Shown: positions 39,910 to 48,929 of the stretch, in pieces
Numbering within the stretch: position 1 is the stretch's first letter
Layout of the letters: each line of letters opens with the position of its first letter
Source of the DNA: Deltaproteobacteria bacterium
GTDB lineage: Bacteria; Desulfobacterota; Binatia; UBA1149; CAYXZP01
Reading direction: 5' to 3'
DNA: 64,000 nucleotides
NCBI GenBank assembly: GCA_046583365.1
Contig: JAYGCL010000079.1
Span: forward strand, 17,508 to 81,507
The notes under the pieces: generated by a model
The model's database searches: none
Told to the model about the DNA's origin: nothing
What the model saw: the letters and a program-made list of their open reading frames with translations, nothing else
Translations under genes and position numbers: made by a program

Positions 39910-41178
39910 ATGCGGGCGGGACTGCTCTCGGTCCTGGTGTTTTGCCTTCCGGTTGTTGCGGGTTGCCACGGACTGCGCGTGGCCTTTTACAGACCTCCCA
40001 CCCCGCACTACCGCCAGCTTGCCAGTATTCCCATACGGGGTGACGATCTCGACATTGACAGCTTGCGTCGTGCCGCCGAGGCCAGCCTGCGTTACTTCGA
40101 GCGGGCCCCCGAACACCGCTCTTACGTTCTTGGCTACGACCGCTACAGCTCAGGACAGTTAAAACGCAGTGTCCTGTCTTTTCTCGACATCATAGAGACC
40201 ACTGCCCCCGCCCTCCTGCATGCGCGCCTGTCGCGCGAGTGCAGGGCCTATAGCCCGGCCACGCAGGTGCGATTTACCGCCTACTACGAGCCCGTGCTCG
40301 AGGCCCGTCGCAGCCGCGACGAACGTTTCCGCTACCCGATCTACCGGCGGCCGGGGGAATTGAAGTCCGTGCGTTTGCGACGTTTTTTCACCGGCGACAA
40401 TCGTCTCATAAACGGTTGGCTCAGCGGCAACGAACTGGTGCCTTATCTAAGCCGCCGCGACATAGACGGGGGCCGTCGCCTTGACGGCCGGCGTCTCGAA
40501 CTGGCCTGGGTGGACGACCCCGTGGCCTTGTACTTCCTTCACATCCAGGGCAGCGGCCGTTTGAATCTAGCGGATGGAACAACCGTAAGGATAAACTTCG
40601 CTGCCAGCAACGGCATGGCCTATACGAGCATAGGCCGCCACATGCTCAGCAGTGGTCTTATAAGGGCGGGTTCGGCGCCGGCCATTCGTGACTACCTCGC
40701 TGCCCACCCGGAAAGCCGCGATGACATCATGTTCAAAAACCAGCGCTATATTTTCTTTCGAGAAGTTGAGCTCGATGACAGGCAGGGTCCGCTTGGGTCT
40801 TTGGGCGTGCCGTTGGTGGCCGGGCGTTCGCTGGCCGTTGACACCAATTTTGTTCCCCCCGGGGTTGTCGCCCACATCAGTTCCGACAAGCCTCTCGTCG
40901 ATGGGGATGGAGGGGTCGTGTGGGAGCGCTTCTCCCGCTTTGCTTTCAGCCACGATTCCGGAGCCGCCATCAAGGGCCCCGGCCGTGTGGACGTGTACTG
41001 GGGGGAGGGCGAGGAGGCCGGCATGGCCGCCGGCTATCTGAACCGTAAGGGTAGCCTCACTCTGCTCGTTTGCGGTGTGGAACCGTCACCAGGCCGAATA
41101 GCCACCATCGACGGCAACCACCGTACCGGTTACGTAGGACGAAGATGGCGAGGCCAGGAACAGACAGGCCGTCTTTAA
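39910..41178 (+). CDS. mltA: Membrane-bound lytic murein transglycosylase A
   Basis: Lipobox VVAGC, then MltA and 3D domains (LYFLHIQGSGRL, D-x-G). Confidence 0.75.
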   Translation: MRAGLLSVLVFCLPVVAGCHGLRVAFYRPPTPHYRQLASIPIRGDDLDIDSLRRAAEASLRYFERAPEHRSYVLGYDRYSSGQLKRSVLSFLDIIETTAPALLHARLSRECRAYSPATQVRFTAYYEPVLEARRSRDERFRYPIYRRPGELKSVRLRRFFTGDNRLINGWLSGNELVPYLSRRDIDGGRRLDGRRLELAWVDDPVALYFLHIQGSGRLNLADGTTVRINFAASNGMAYTSIGRHMLSSGLIRAGSAPAIRDYLAAHPESRDDIMFKNQRYIFFREVELDDRQGPLGSLGVPLVAGRSLAVDTNFVPPGVVAHISSDKPLVDGDGGVVWERFSRFAFSHDSGAAIKGPGRVDVYWGEGEEAGMAAGYLNRKGSLTLLVCGVEPSPGRIATIDGNHRTGYVGRRWRGQEQTGRL

Positions 41179-41865
41179 CTCCCCCGCCTTGCCTATCCTT
41201 GCCATCGGGCAGGCCCGCCCCATGCTTTCCCTTATCCCTTCCTTGGCCAGGCTTGCCTCGGTCATCTCGGAGGCAAACCAGGCCGGTGCGATGGCGTTTA
41301 CGGTTATGCCGTCGCCGGCCCACTCAACGGCCAACTGCCGGGTCAGGTTTTCCACCCCGCCCTTGGCGGCGGCGTAGGCGGCGATTCTGAACAGAGAGCT
41401 TCCAAGGTGGCCGAAGATCGAGGCGATGTTGATAATACGCCCTTCTTTGCCACCCCGCATGGACTCGGCGCCAAGCAGGCAGCAGTGGAACAGAGCGCTC
41501 AGGTTAAGGTCCAGCGATGTCTGCCAGTCTTTGGGCCATTGGCGCTCGGCCGCCCCCGTGGGTGCCGTGCCGGCGTTGTTTACCAATGCATAGACAGGAC
41601 CAAGCCCGACCTCCACTTCCCTGAAGGCCCGTCGCCTGTCCTCTTCGTTGTTCAAGTCAACGGCTACAGGAAGGACCTCGGCCCCATACTCGGACCTCAG
41701 CTTGGCGGCCACTTCCTCAAGACGCTCACGGCGCCTGGCCATAAGGGCCACACGGGCGCCGGCAGCGGCCAGGGCTTCGGCAAACTCTACGCCGAGGCCT
41801 GCCGAGGCCCCGGTCACAACGGCGGTTCTGCCGTCGAAGCCGAAAAGTTCATTGAGGCCATTCAT
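41086..41865 (-). CDS. SDR-family oxidoreductase
   Basis: TAVVTGASAGLG cofactor motif, the NNAG motif, and the catalytic Y-x3-K (AAYAAAKGG). Confidence 0.75.
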   Translation of the reverse strand: MNGLNELFGFDGRTAVVTGASAGLGVEFAEALAAAGARVALMARRRERLEEVAAKLRSEYGAEVLPVAVDLNNEEDRRRAFREVEVGLGPVYALVNNAGTAPTGAAERQWPKDWQTSLDLNLSALFHCCLLGAESMRGGKEGRIINIASIFGHLGSSLFRIAAYAAAKGGVENLTRQLAVEWAGDGITVNAIAPAWFASEMTEASLAKEGIRESMGRACPMARIGKAGELKTACLFLASPSSSYVTGTVVAVDGGYSAW

Positions 41866-42410
41866 GATAGCAGTCCGGTCTCCCTCAGTGTTTCGATCGC
41901 CTGGTTGGGGTTGTCGCATACGGTAACCAGGCGGCGGTGGCCCGGGGTTATTTCCATGAAATTACTCAGTTGCTCTATGGCATCCTTCCAGGCCTGCCCG
42001 ACTACGATCAAGGGGCGTGCCGCTATCAATCCCATGTAGAGTTCGTTCCAGGCCAGCGCCACCTCCACCAGTGTGCCTATGCCGCCGCCGAGGGCCAAGA
42101 GGGCGTCGGAGCTGTGGATGAGATGTTTCAGCCTCTGGTAGAGATCGGTGCAGCAAACCTCTTCGCTCAAATAGGGGTTGGCCTCTCTGCCCGGAAAATT
42201 TTCCACGGTGTAGCCTATTACGCGGCCGCCGCTGTGGCTGGCCCCCCGGCTCACCGCTTCCATGACGCCGGCATAGCCACCGCAGGCCACGGTGGCGCCG
42301 GCATCGCCCAACAGGCGGCCGGTCAGCAGGGCCTGCCGGTAGAGGTCGCTGTCGGGCTTGCAGGCCGAACTGCCGTATACGGAAACCGTGGGTGCTGTTG
42401 GTGCTGCCAT
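41862..42410 (-). CDS. LOG-family protein (cytokinin riboside 5-prime-monophosphate phosphoribohydrolase-like)
   Basis: GGYAGVMEAVSRGA and the PGGIGTLVE-like segment ALGGGIGTLVEV. Confidence 0.7.
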   Translation of the reverse strand: MAAPTAPTVSVYGSSACKPDSDLYRQALLTGRLLGDAGATVACGGYAGVMEAVSRGASHSGGRVIGYTVENFPGREANPYLSEEVCCTDLYQRLKHLIHSSDALLALGGGIGTLVEVALAWNELYMGLIAARPLIVVGQAWKDAIEQLSNFMEITPGHRRLVTVCDNPNQAIETLRETGLLS

Positions 42411-42556
42411 GGACGGGCAAACTATCGCGCACGCGGCGTACTGTCACGGACCGGACCTGTCCCAGGTCGGCCAGGACTGCTTGCTTGGACTGCGGTCGGC
42501 TGCGACGATGGTCGGTGCGGGCAGTCCGGCCCGCGCCCCCGGAGAAGAGACCGTAG

Positions 42557-43414
42557 TTGCGATACACCGAGGCCGAAAGCCGGCGCGTTGAGGTAAACGG
42601 CGTTGTCCTTAATCTGACCGACTGGGGCGGGGCCGGCCGCGGGGTACTGTTTTCCCACGCCACCGGTTTTTTGGGTGCCGTGTGGGAGCCGGTCATAGCC
42701 GAGCTCCGCAGTGGTGGTTTTGGCGGCCGCATTCTCACCTACGACCAAAGGGGTCATGGACTGAGTTCCAAGCCCGATAGTGGTTACGATTGGAATACCT
42801 TTGTCCGGGACCTTGGAGCGCTCATGGAGGCCGAGGGGCTCGCCGGCCTGCTGGGGGTGGGACACTCGGCCGGGGCTACTACGGTGGCCTGCCTGGCTGC
42901 CGACCAGCCCGGCTGTTTCAGTCGCCTGCTCCTCATAGATCCTATTCTGTTCGACCCTGAAGAGATGGGGGCGGCCGGTGGGCAGTCCAATCCCCTGGCA
43001 GAGCGTGCGCGTACGCGCCGCATGGTGTGGGCTTCACGCGAAGAACTTTCCGCATCCTTTGGCAGCCGCCCTCCCTACGACAGTTGGGGTGCCGAGGCGT
43101 TGGCCGTCTACGTGGACTACGGCAGTTTTGAAAGGCCAGACGGTGAGGTCGAACTGCTATGCCCGGGCCGGATCGAAGCCCAGGTCTATGCCAATGCCGG
43201 CGGTCTGGACGGGTTTGCCCGCCTGGCCGGGGTTGCCGTGCCCACACTGATTGTGCGTGGCCGCGACAGTGACGCCTTTCCTGCCCAAAGGGCGGCCCGG
43301 ACGGTTGCCACTATCCCCGGGTCGCGCCTGGTGACGGTGGATGGCAGCCACTTTGTTGTCATGGAGAGGCCGGCAGAAATTGCACGCTTGGTCGTTGCCG
43401 AGGCCGAGTCTTAG
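42557..43414 (+). CDS. Alpha/beta hydrolase
   Basis: HG oxyanion motif (VLFSHATG), nucleophile elbow GHSAGA, and a C-terminal His. Confidence 0.7.
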   Translation: MRYTEAESRRVEVNGVVLNLTDWGGAGRGVLFSHATGFLGAVWEPVIAELRSGGFGGRILTYDQRGHGLSSKPDSGYDWNTFVRDLGALMEAEGLAGLLGVGHSAGATTVACLAADQPGCFSRLLLIDPILFDPEEMGAAGGQSNPLAERARTRRMVWASREELSASFGSRPPYDSWGAEALAVYVDYGSFERPDGEVELLCPGRIEAQVYANAGGLDGFARLAGVAVPTLIVRGRDSDAFPAQRAARTVATIPGSRLVTVDGSHFVVMERPAEIARLVVAEAES

Positions 43415-43429
43415 CGTTATACCCAACCC

Positions 43430-44131
43430 GTGACCACAGAGACCGGCAAGGTCAGAACCGTTTTAGCTTGGGGGGTGCATCTGTATACGGCGCTCGGGGC
43501 TCCGCTGGGAATGTTGGCTCTGGTCGCGGCCTTTGCCGGCGACTTTCGTCGTACCTTCATACTGTTGGCCATAACCGTGTGTATCGATGCCAGCGACGGA
43601 GCCCTTGCACGCTGGCTCGACGTAAAACGGGTCGTGCCCGGGGTTGATGGCGCACTGCTCGATTGCCTGGTCGATTACTTGAACTTCGTGGTGGTCCCGG
43701 TGGCGGTTCTCATGCAGCCGGGCATCCTGCCCGAGTTCGCCCAGCCCGCTGCGCTGTTGGTGCTTGTTGCCAGTGCCTATGGCTTTGCGCAGACCGAGGC
43801 CAAGGGCACCATCGAACCATACTTCCGTGGTTTCCCATCCTATTGGAACATTGTAGCATTCTACTTCGTTGTGCTTGAAACCTCGCCGGCGTTTAACCTG
43901 GCCACCATCCTCGTTCTTGTGGTGCTGGTATTTGTGCCCATACGCTGGCTCTACCCCAGCCGCATGGAGACCATGCGCGCCCCCACCATAATCCTGGGCC
44001 TGGTCTGGGGCGCGGTGGCCGTCGTTCTGATTGCCCGCCTACCCGATCCCTCACCGCGGCTGGGGCTCATATCGCTGTTCTTTCCCGTCTACTACACGGT
44101 GGGCTCGCTGGTCTATCATTTCCGCGACTGA
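43430..44131 (+). CDS. pcs: Phosphatidylcholine synthase (CDP-alcohol phosphatidyltransferase family)
   Basis: DASDGALAR...G...DCLVD motif. The protein parallels rhizobial Pcs over its whole length. Confidence 0.7.
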   Translation: MTTETGKVRTVLAWGVHLYTALGAPLGMLALVAAFAGDFRRTFILLAITVCIDASDGALARWLDVKRVVPGVDGALLDCLVDYLNFVVVPVAVLMQPGILPEFAQPAALLVLVASAYGFAQTEAKGTIEPYFRGFPSYWNIVAFYFVVLETSPAFNLATILVLVVLVFVPIRWLYPSRMETMRAPTIILGLVWGAVAVVLIARLPDPSPRLGLISLFFPVYYTVGSLVYHFRD

Positions 44132-44182
44132 CCGGGGCCGGGGTTGCCTAAGCTGGCCGCGGCGGTTACGAGCAGGCTTATG

Positions 44183-44962
44183 TGTGAACTTACCGACAGA
44201 GTAACCATTATCACCGGCGGAGCTTCCGGCATCGGGGCCGCGACGGCCAGGCATTTCTGCGCCAACGGTGCCCGAGTGGTCCTTGCCGACATACAGGACG
44301 GCCGCCCCCTGGCCACTGAGTTGGGGGCGACGTTTGTGGAAACCGATGTGACCGACCCCGCCGCGGTCGATGCTCTGGTCACCGAGACGGTCGCCTTGCA
44401 CGGCCGTCTTGACGTGTACTTCAACAACGCCGGTATTGAGTTGCACGGGCCGCTGGCGGCCACGGATCCCGAAGACCACCGCCGTGTGATCGATGTGAAC
44501 CTGAACGGTGTCTACTACGGCTTGCAGTCGGCCGTCCGCGCGATGCTGGAAAATCCCGGTCCGGTGCGTGGGTCCATCGTAAATACGGCCTCGGTGGCCG
44601 GACTCATGGGCTTTGCCATGATGTCTTCCTACAATGCCGCCAAGGGCGCGGTGGTGCTGATGACCAAGAACGCGGCGGTTGAGTACGCAGCCTTGGGTAT
44701 TCGTGTAAACGCCGTGTGCCCGGGGATAATACGCACCCCGATGGCCGAGGCCACGATAGCCGAGATCGGCGATGAGGATTATCTCGAAAAGATAGGTCGC
44801 AAGGCTCACCCCATGGGAAGGCTCGGGGAGGCAGAGGAAATAGCCAGAGTGGTAGGTTTTCTGGCCAGCGAGGAGGCGTCCTTCGTAACCGGTGTGGCCC
44901 TTCCCGTCGACGGTGGCATGACGGCGGGCGTTGTAACTACTGACCTTGGCGAGGAGAACTGA
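44183..44962 (+). CDS. SDR-family oxidoreductase
   Basis: TIITGGASGIGAA, NNAG, and Y-x3-K (SYNAAKGA). Confidence 0.75.
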   Translation, partial: CELTDRVTIITGGASGIGAATARHFCANGARVVLADIQDGRPLATELGATFVETDVTDPAAVDALVTETVALHGRLDVYFNNAGIELHGPLAATDPEDHRRVIDVNLNGVYYGLQSAVRAMLENPGPVRGSIVNTASVAGLMGFAMMSSYNAAKGAVVLMTKNAAVEYAALGIRVNAVCPGIIRTPMAEATIAEIGDEDYLEKIGRKAHPMGRLGEAEEIARVVGFLASEEASFVTGVALPVDGGMTAGVVTTDLGEEN

Positions 44963-44974
44963 GGGACTGCTACT

Positions 44975-45190
44975 GTGAGACGCAAGGCTCTTCGCTGGTT
45001 TCGCCTCATAGGCGGGACGCTGCTCATCATTGCAGGGATAATCGGTGGGTTTATACCCATCTTGCAGGGCTGGATGTTTGTGGTGGCCGGCCTGGCCTTG
45101 ATGGCGCCGGAAAGCAGCAAGGCCAGCAGGGCGCTTGAATGGGCAAAGTCGAAGTTGGCAAAGACCAGAGCAAAGGAGAACCGGGGATGA
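44975..45190 (+). CDS. Small 2-TM membrane protein
   Basis: 71 aa with two hydrophobic helices (LLIIAGIIGGFIPILQGWMFVVAGLAL). Confidence 0.35.
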   Translation: MRRKALRWFRLIGGTLLIIAGIIGGFIPILQGWMFVVAGLALMAPESSKASRALEWAKSKLAKTRAKENRG

Positions 45191-45501
45191 CGGACAAGGA
45201 CCGTTTTGGAGACAAGCTACGCGACAAGGAACGCGTCGAAGAAGACCGTTATTTTGCCGAACAGGACCGGGCAAAGTTGAAGGCCATAAAGGAGGGCGTC
45301 ACCGAGGAGCCCCACCTTGGGCTGTGTCCGCGTTGTGGCAAGGCCCTGGATGAGAAGGTCTACCTGGGGGTTGCCATCGACGAGTGTGCGGCCTGCGGGG
45401 GAATATGGTTGGACAAGGGAGAACTCGAAGCGGTCAACGAGCGCGCCGACGAAGGCTGGGTGAGCCGTTGGATTCGCAGTGTGCTCGGCGAAGAGACCTG
45501 A
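45187..45501 (+). CDS. TFIIB-type zinc-ribbon domain protein
   Basis: CPRCG...DECAACGGIWLDKGELE matches the zf-TFIIB pattern. Start moved to MTDKDRF. Confidence 0.5.
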   Translation: MTDKDRFGDKLRDKERVEEDRYFAEQDRAKLKAIKEGVTEEPHLGLCPRCGKALDEKVYLGVAIDECAACGGIWLDKGELEAVNERADEGWVSRWIRSVLGEET

Positions 45502-46101
45502 GTGTTCAGCGGAATCATCGAAGACCTGGGCTCGGTGGCCGCGGTGGAGCCCTTGCAGTCTGGTTCGCGGCTTACCATAAAGACGGCGCTTGAAGTCGGC
45601 GAGATCGGCTTGGGCGACAGCATTGCCGTAAACGGGGCCTGCATGACGGCGGTGGCCGTTGCAAGTAAGAGCGGCACTTTCGACGTCGACGTGTCGGCCG
45701 AATCTCTGAGGTGTACCACCCTGGGTCTTCTCAAGGCCGGCAGCCGGGTAAATCTCGAACGTTCCATACGCATGAGCGACCGTCTGGACGGCCACCTGGT
45801 CTCCGGACACGTGGACGGTACGGGTAGTCTGAGGGCAATAAAGTCCGAAGGGGAATCGTCGGTCTACTCGTTCGAAGTAGCGGCTGACCTTATGCGCTTG
45901 ATGGTGGAAAAGGGCTCGGTGGCCGTCGATGGAATAAGCCTTACCTGTTTTAACTGTAGCCGCAGCGGTTTTGATGTGGCCGTCATAGCGCATACCGCCT
46001 CCGTGACTACCCTTGGGCTGCTCACCGACGGAAACCCCGTGAACATTGAAAACGATTTGTTCGGCAAGTATGTGGCCAAGCTGGCCGGCCCGGCCGTCTA
46101 G
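45502..46101 (+). CDS. ribE: Riboflavin synthase
   Basis: MFSGIIEDLG...AVNGACMT and the duplicated lumazine-binding repeat. Confidence 0.85.
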   Translation: MFSGIIEDLGSVAAVEPLQSGSRLTIKTALEVGEIGLGDSIAVNGACMTAVAVASKSGTFDVDVSAESLRCTTLGLLKAGSRVNLERSIRMSDRLDGHLVSGHVDGTGSLRAIKSEGESSVYSFEVAADLMRLMVEKGSVAVDGISLTCFNCSRSGFDVAVIAHTASVTTLGLLTDGNPVNIENDLFGKYVAKLAGPAV

Positions 46102-47456
46102 CCGGTGGCACCACCGATGAGGTAGGGCAGCAACACGGCCATGGGGTCGACGTCGGAGTCCAGCTGTTTGCCGATTCCACTCAGCAGACCCATGACCCGC
46201 AGCACCAACAACAGGTCGGCGGAAGCCTCAACCAGCGGGTCCTTGCGCAGGGCGGTAAAGACTTCGTCGCCGATGCGCTCGACCATGGCCAGGTTGGCGT
46301 AGGCACGGCCGGTGGTGAATGCCTGGCCCAGGAAAACGTCGCCGATGAGGACCAGGGTTTCGTCTTTGCCGCTGCGGGTACGAAAGCCCAGGGCGCGAAA
46401 AGCCGAGGCCACCGCGGCGTTGTCACCCCTGGCTATGGCCGCGGCCAGAGTTATGACGGCGTTCCTGAGTTGGGCCGAGAATTCCTTGGCCAGGCCCAGG
46501 TCGACAATGGCCAGTACGGGTCCGGGCAGAACCAGGAGGTTGCCGGGGTGGGGGTCGCCGTGGAAGAAGCCATGTTCGAGAATCTGTCGGACATAGGCGC
46601 GAGTCAGCAGCGAGGCTATCTCGCGTTTGTCGATGCCTGCGTCTTCTAAAGCCTTTACATCGGTTATCTTGATGCCGTCCAGATAGGTCATGGTGAGAAC
46701 CGTGCGGCAGCTCAGCTCTTCAAACGGGGTGGGGAAGACCACGCTCGGGTCGTCGGCAAAATTGGCGATGAAGCGTCTGGCGTTGGCCGCCTCGTTGGTA
46801 AAATCCAATTCGAGAGGGATGAGTTCGACTATCTCCTTGAGAAAAAGCCTCAGGTCGAATCTTTTTTCGAGCTTGGCCAACAGGTTGATGAAGAAAGAAA
46901 AATTGGCCAGGTCGGTGGCGATGATCTTTTCGATGTTGGGGTACTGGACCTTTACGGCCACTTCGCGGCCATCGTCGAGGCGGGCCCGGTGTACCTGGGC
47001 CAGGGAAGCGGCCGCGATAGGGTGGGGGTCGATGTAGGCAAAGCAGCTGTCGAGACTACGGCCGAGTTGGTCTTCGATCCACGGTCCAATGGTTGAAAAG
47101 GGGCGTGGCGGGACACGGTCGTGGAGTTCGGAGAGAATCTCTACGTAGTCGGCCGGGAGTATGTCGGCACGGCTGCCGGCAAATTGGCAGGCTTTTATGA
47201 GCAGACCCTCCAGCCTTACGGCCGTATTTCTTATCAGCCGGGCGCTACGGTGGTGCTGGCGGTCCCAGTAGTCTTTGCGCGAGCTTGCACCCAGCAGCGC
47301 TCCCCAGGCCTGCAGTCCCTTGTACCCGACATATATGGCGACGACCATGTACGCCACCGAGGCGAAGCGGCCGATACGTACGGGCAAAGGTAGTGGGGTA
47401 GGACTTTCAGTCGTGGCCGGCGGCGTCACGTTCGAGTTGCTCGATGCGGTGCTCAA
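46098..47456 (-). CDS. ubiB: ABC1/UbiB-family atypical kinase
   Basis: AAASLAQVHRARLDDGREVAVKVQYP and the HGDPHPGNLLV motif. Confidence 0.8.
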   Translation of the reverse strand: MSTASSNSNVTPPATTESPTPLPLPVRIGRFASVAYMVVAIYVGYKGLQAWGALLGASSRKDYWDRQHHRSARLIRNTAVRLEGLLIKACQFAGSRADILPADYVEILSELHDRVPPRPFSTIGPWIEDQLGRSLDSCFAYIDPHPIAAASLAQVHRARLDDGREVAVKVQYPNIEKIIATDLANFSFFINLLAKLEKRFDLRLFLKEIVELIPLELDFTNEAANARRFIANFADDPSVVFPTPFEELSCRTVLTMTYLDGIKITDVKALEDAGIDKREIASLLTRAYVRQILEHGFFHGDPHPGNLLVLPGPVLAIVDLGLAKEFSAQLRNAVITLAAAIARGDNAAVASAFRALGFRTRSGKDETLVLIGDVFLGQAFTTGRAYANLAMVERIGDEVFTALRKDPLVEASADLLLVLRVMGLLSGIGKQLDSDVDPMAVLLPYLIGGATG

Positions 47457-47550
47457 GTTTTGCCGACGACGAGGTCAGACGCCAGGCGTAAAAAAAGATA
47501 AGCGTCCACACCACCGCATAAGCGGCACCCACATAAGCCAGGGGACTCAC
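47407..47550 (-). CDS. ccmD: Heme exporter protein D (not in ORF track)
   Basis: 47-aa ORF VSPLAYVGAAYAVVWTLIFFYAWRL...EHRIEQLERD with a single TM helix. Its GTG start overlaps the ccmC stop (GTGA). Confidence 0.45.
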   Translation of the reverse strand: MSPLAYVGAAYAVVWTLIFFYAWRLTSSSAKLEHRIEQLERDAAGHD

Positions 47551-48254
47551 CAGTTACCTCCCGCCCCGCCCACACTGCCGGCGGCCAGAATCTGAGTACG
47601 TTCTTCCAGCCTCAGCATTTTTACGCGCAGGGCCCAGAGCCACGCGAAGAGGAGTGAAAAAGCGACAAGGCATAGAATAAGGGTGGTTATCATAGCTGGA
47701 TCGTCGATGCCTCCTTCCCGATTGCGTACAACCTGTGGGTGGATGGTACGCCACAGCCTGGTTGCCAGCATGACCAATGGCACGTTGGCAGCTCCGACTA
47801 TGGCCAGGACGGCTGCAAAGCGCGGGGTCATGTCGTTGCCGCGGCCCATGGCGCGGAGCAGGAGATAGGTGGCAAACAGGAGCCACAGCACGAGGAAGGT
47901 GGTCAGACGGGTATCCCAGGTCCACCAGGTACCCCAGGCCGTACGAGCCCAGATGGAACCAGTGACCAGGACCATGGTGGCGAATATCATGCCCACCCCT
48001 ACGCCGGCGTGGGCGGCGTGGTCCCAGATAGAACGGTTGCTTTTCAGGAAAGCGATGCTCGACAGTCCGGCCACGGCAAAAGCCAGGAAACAAGTGGTGG
48101 CCGCCGGCATATGGTAGTAAAAAATTCTCTGGCTGAGCCCCAACCCCTTGTCCGTGGGCACCCACCAGAAAATCGCCCACAGGGTGACAAGCAGGAGGAC
48201 GAGAAGTATCGGTGGGCAGACCTTCAAAATAATTTTTTCTATGCGTTCGATCAT
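47547..48254 (-). CDS. ccmC: Heme exporter protein C
   Basis: WGTWWTWDTRLT tryptophan-rich (WWD) motif and conserved His residues. Start taken at MIERIEKI, which avoids an overlap with ccmB. Confidence 0.85.
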   Translation of the reverse strand: MIERIEKIILKVCPPILLVLLLVTLWAIFWWVPTDKGLGLSQRIFYYHMPAATTCFLAFAVAGLSSIAFLKSNRSIWDHAAHAGVGVGMIFATMVLVTGSIWARTAWGTWWTWDTRLTTFLVLWLLFATYLLLRAMGRGNDMTPRFAAVLAIVGAANVPLVMLATRLWRTIHPQVVRNREGGIDDPAMITTLILCLVAFSLLFAWLWALRVKMLRLEERTQILAAGSVGGAGGNW

Positions 48255-48267
48255 GGCAACCGTTTCC

Positions 48268-48927
48268 CTAATCGGTGGCGACAAACTCAAAAGCCAGCCA
48301 ACCCAGGACCAGGAAGAGTACGTCGAAGGCTACCAGTATATTCCCCCAGGCCCCCAGTAAGCCAAGCGGTTGCCCGGCCAACACCAGGGCGGTGGCTTTG
48401 ACGGCCGCTATGACGAGGGGGATTTCCAGGGGCAGCACGAGCAGGGGAAGCATGAGTTCTCGCGCTCTCGTCCCCAGGGCTGCCAGCGCAAACAGGGTGC
48501 CGGTGGCCGCCAGTCCAACCGAGCCGGCAAATAGTACGACGGCCAGCGCAGGGATGTTTTGCCAGGGGTCCAGTCCGAACATGAGCATGAAAACCGGCAG
48601 CAACATGGCTTCGAAGGTCAGTAAGAAGAGCAGGTTGACGCATAGCTTGGCCACAAACAGGGAACTACGGTCCAGCGGTGAGGCGAGCAGGGCCGACATG
48701 CAACCGTTTTCACGTTCGATGAGGAACGTACGGCTGACCCCCAGCATGGCCGACAAAACGATGGCGGCCCACAGCAGGCCGGGTGCAAGACGCCCCATGT
48801 TTTCGGCGGTAATGTCCAGGGCGAAGTTAAAGACCAACAGGATCAGTACCCCGAGTACAAAAAGCGAGAACACGGTCTCCTTGCTGCGGATTTCAAGCAG
48901 GAGGTCTTTTCGAATAAGGGCCAGCAT
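48268..48927 (-). CDS. ccmB: Heme exporter protein B
   Basis: 6-TM CcmB family (FLIERENGCMSALLASPL). Confidence 0.8.
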   Translation of the reverse strand: MLALIRKDLLLEIRSKETVFSLFVLGVLILLVFNFALDITAENMGRLAPGLLWAAIVLSAMLGVSRTFLIERENGCMSALLASPLDRSSLFVAKLCVNLLFLLTFEAMLLPVFMLMFGLDPWQNIPALAVVLFAGSVGLAATGTLFALAALGTRARELMLPLLVLPLEIPLVIAAVKATALVLAGQPLGLLGAWGNILVAFDVLFLVLGWLAFEFVATD

Positions 48928-48929
48928 AT

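Noticed and set aside
44051-45274. 407-aa minus-strand ORF
   Set aside because: Antisense to the SDR, small membrane and zinc-ribbon genes. No motif.
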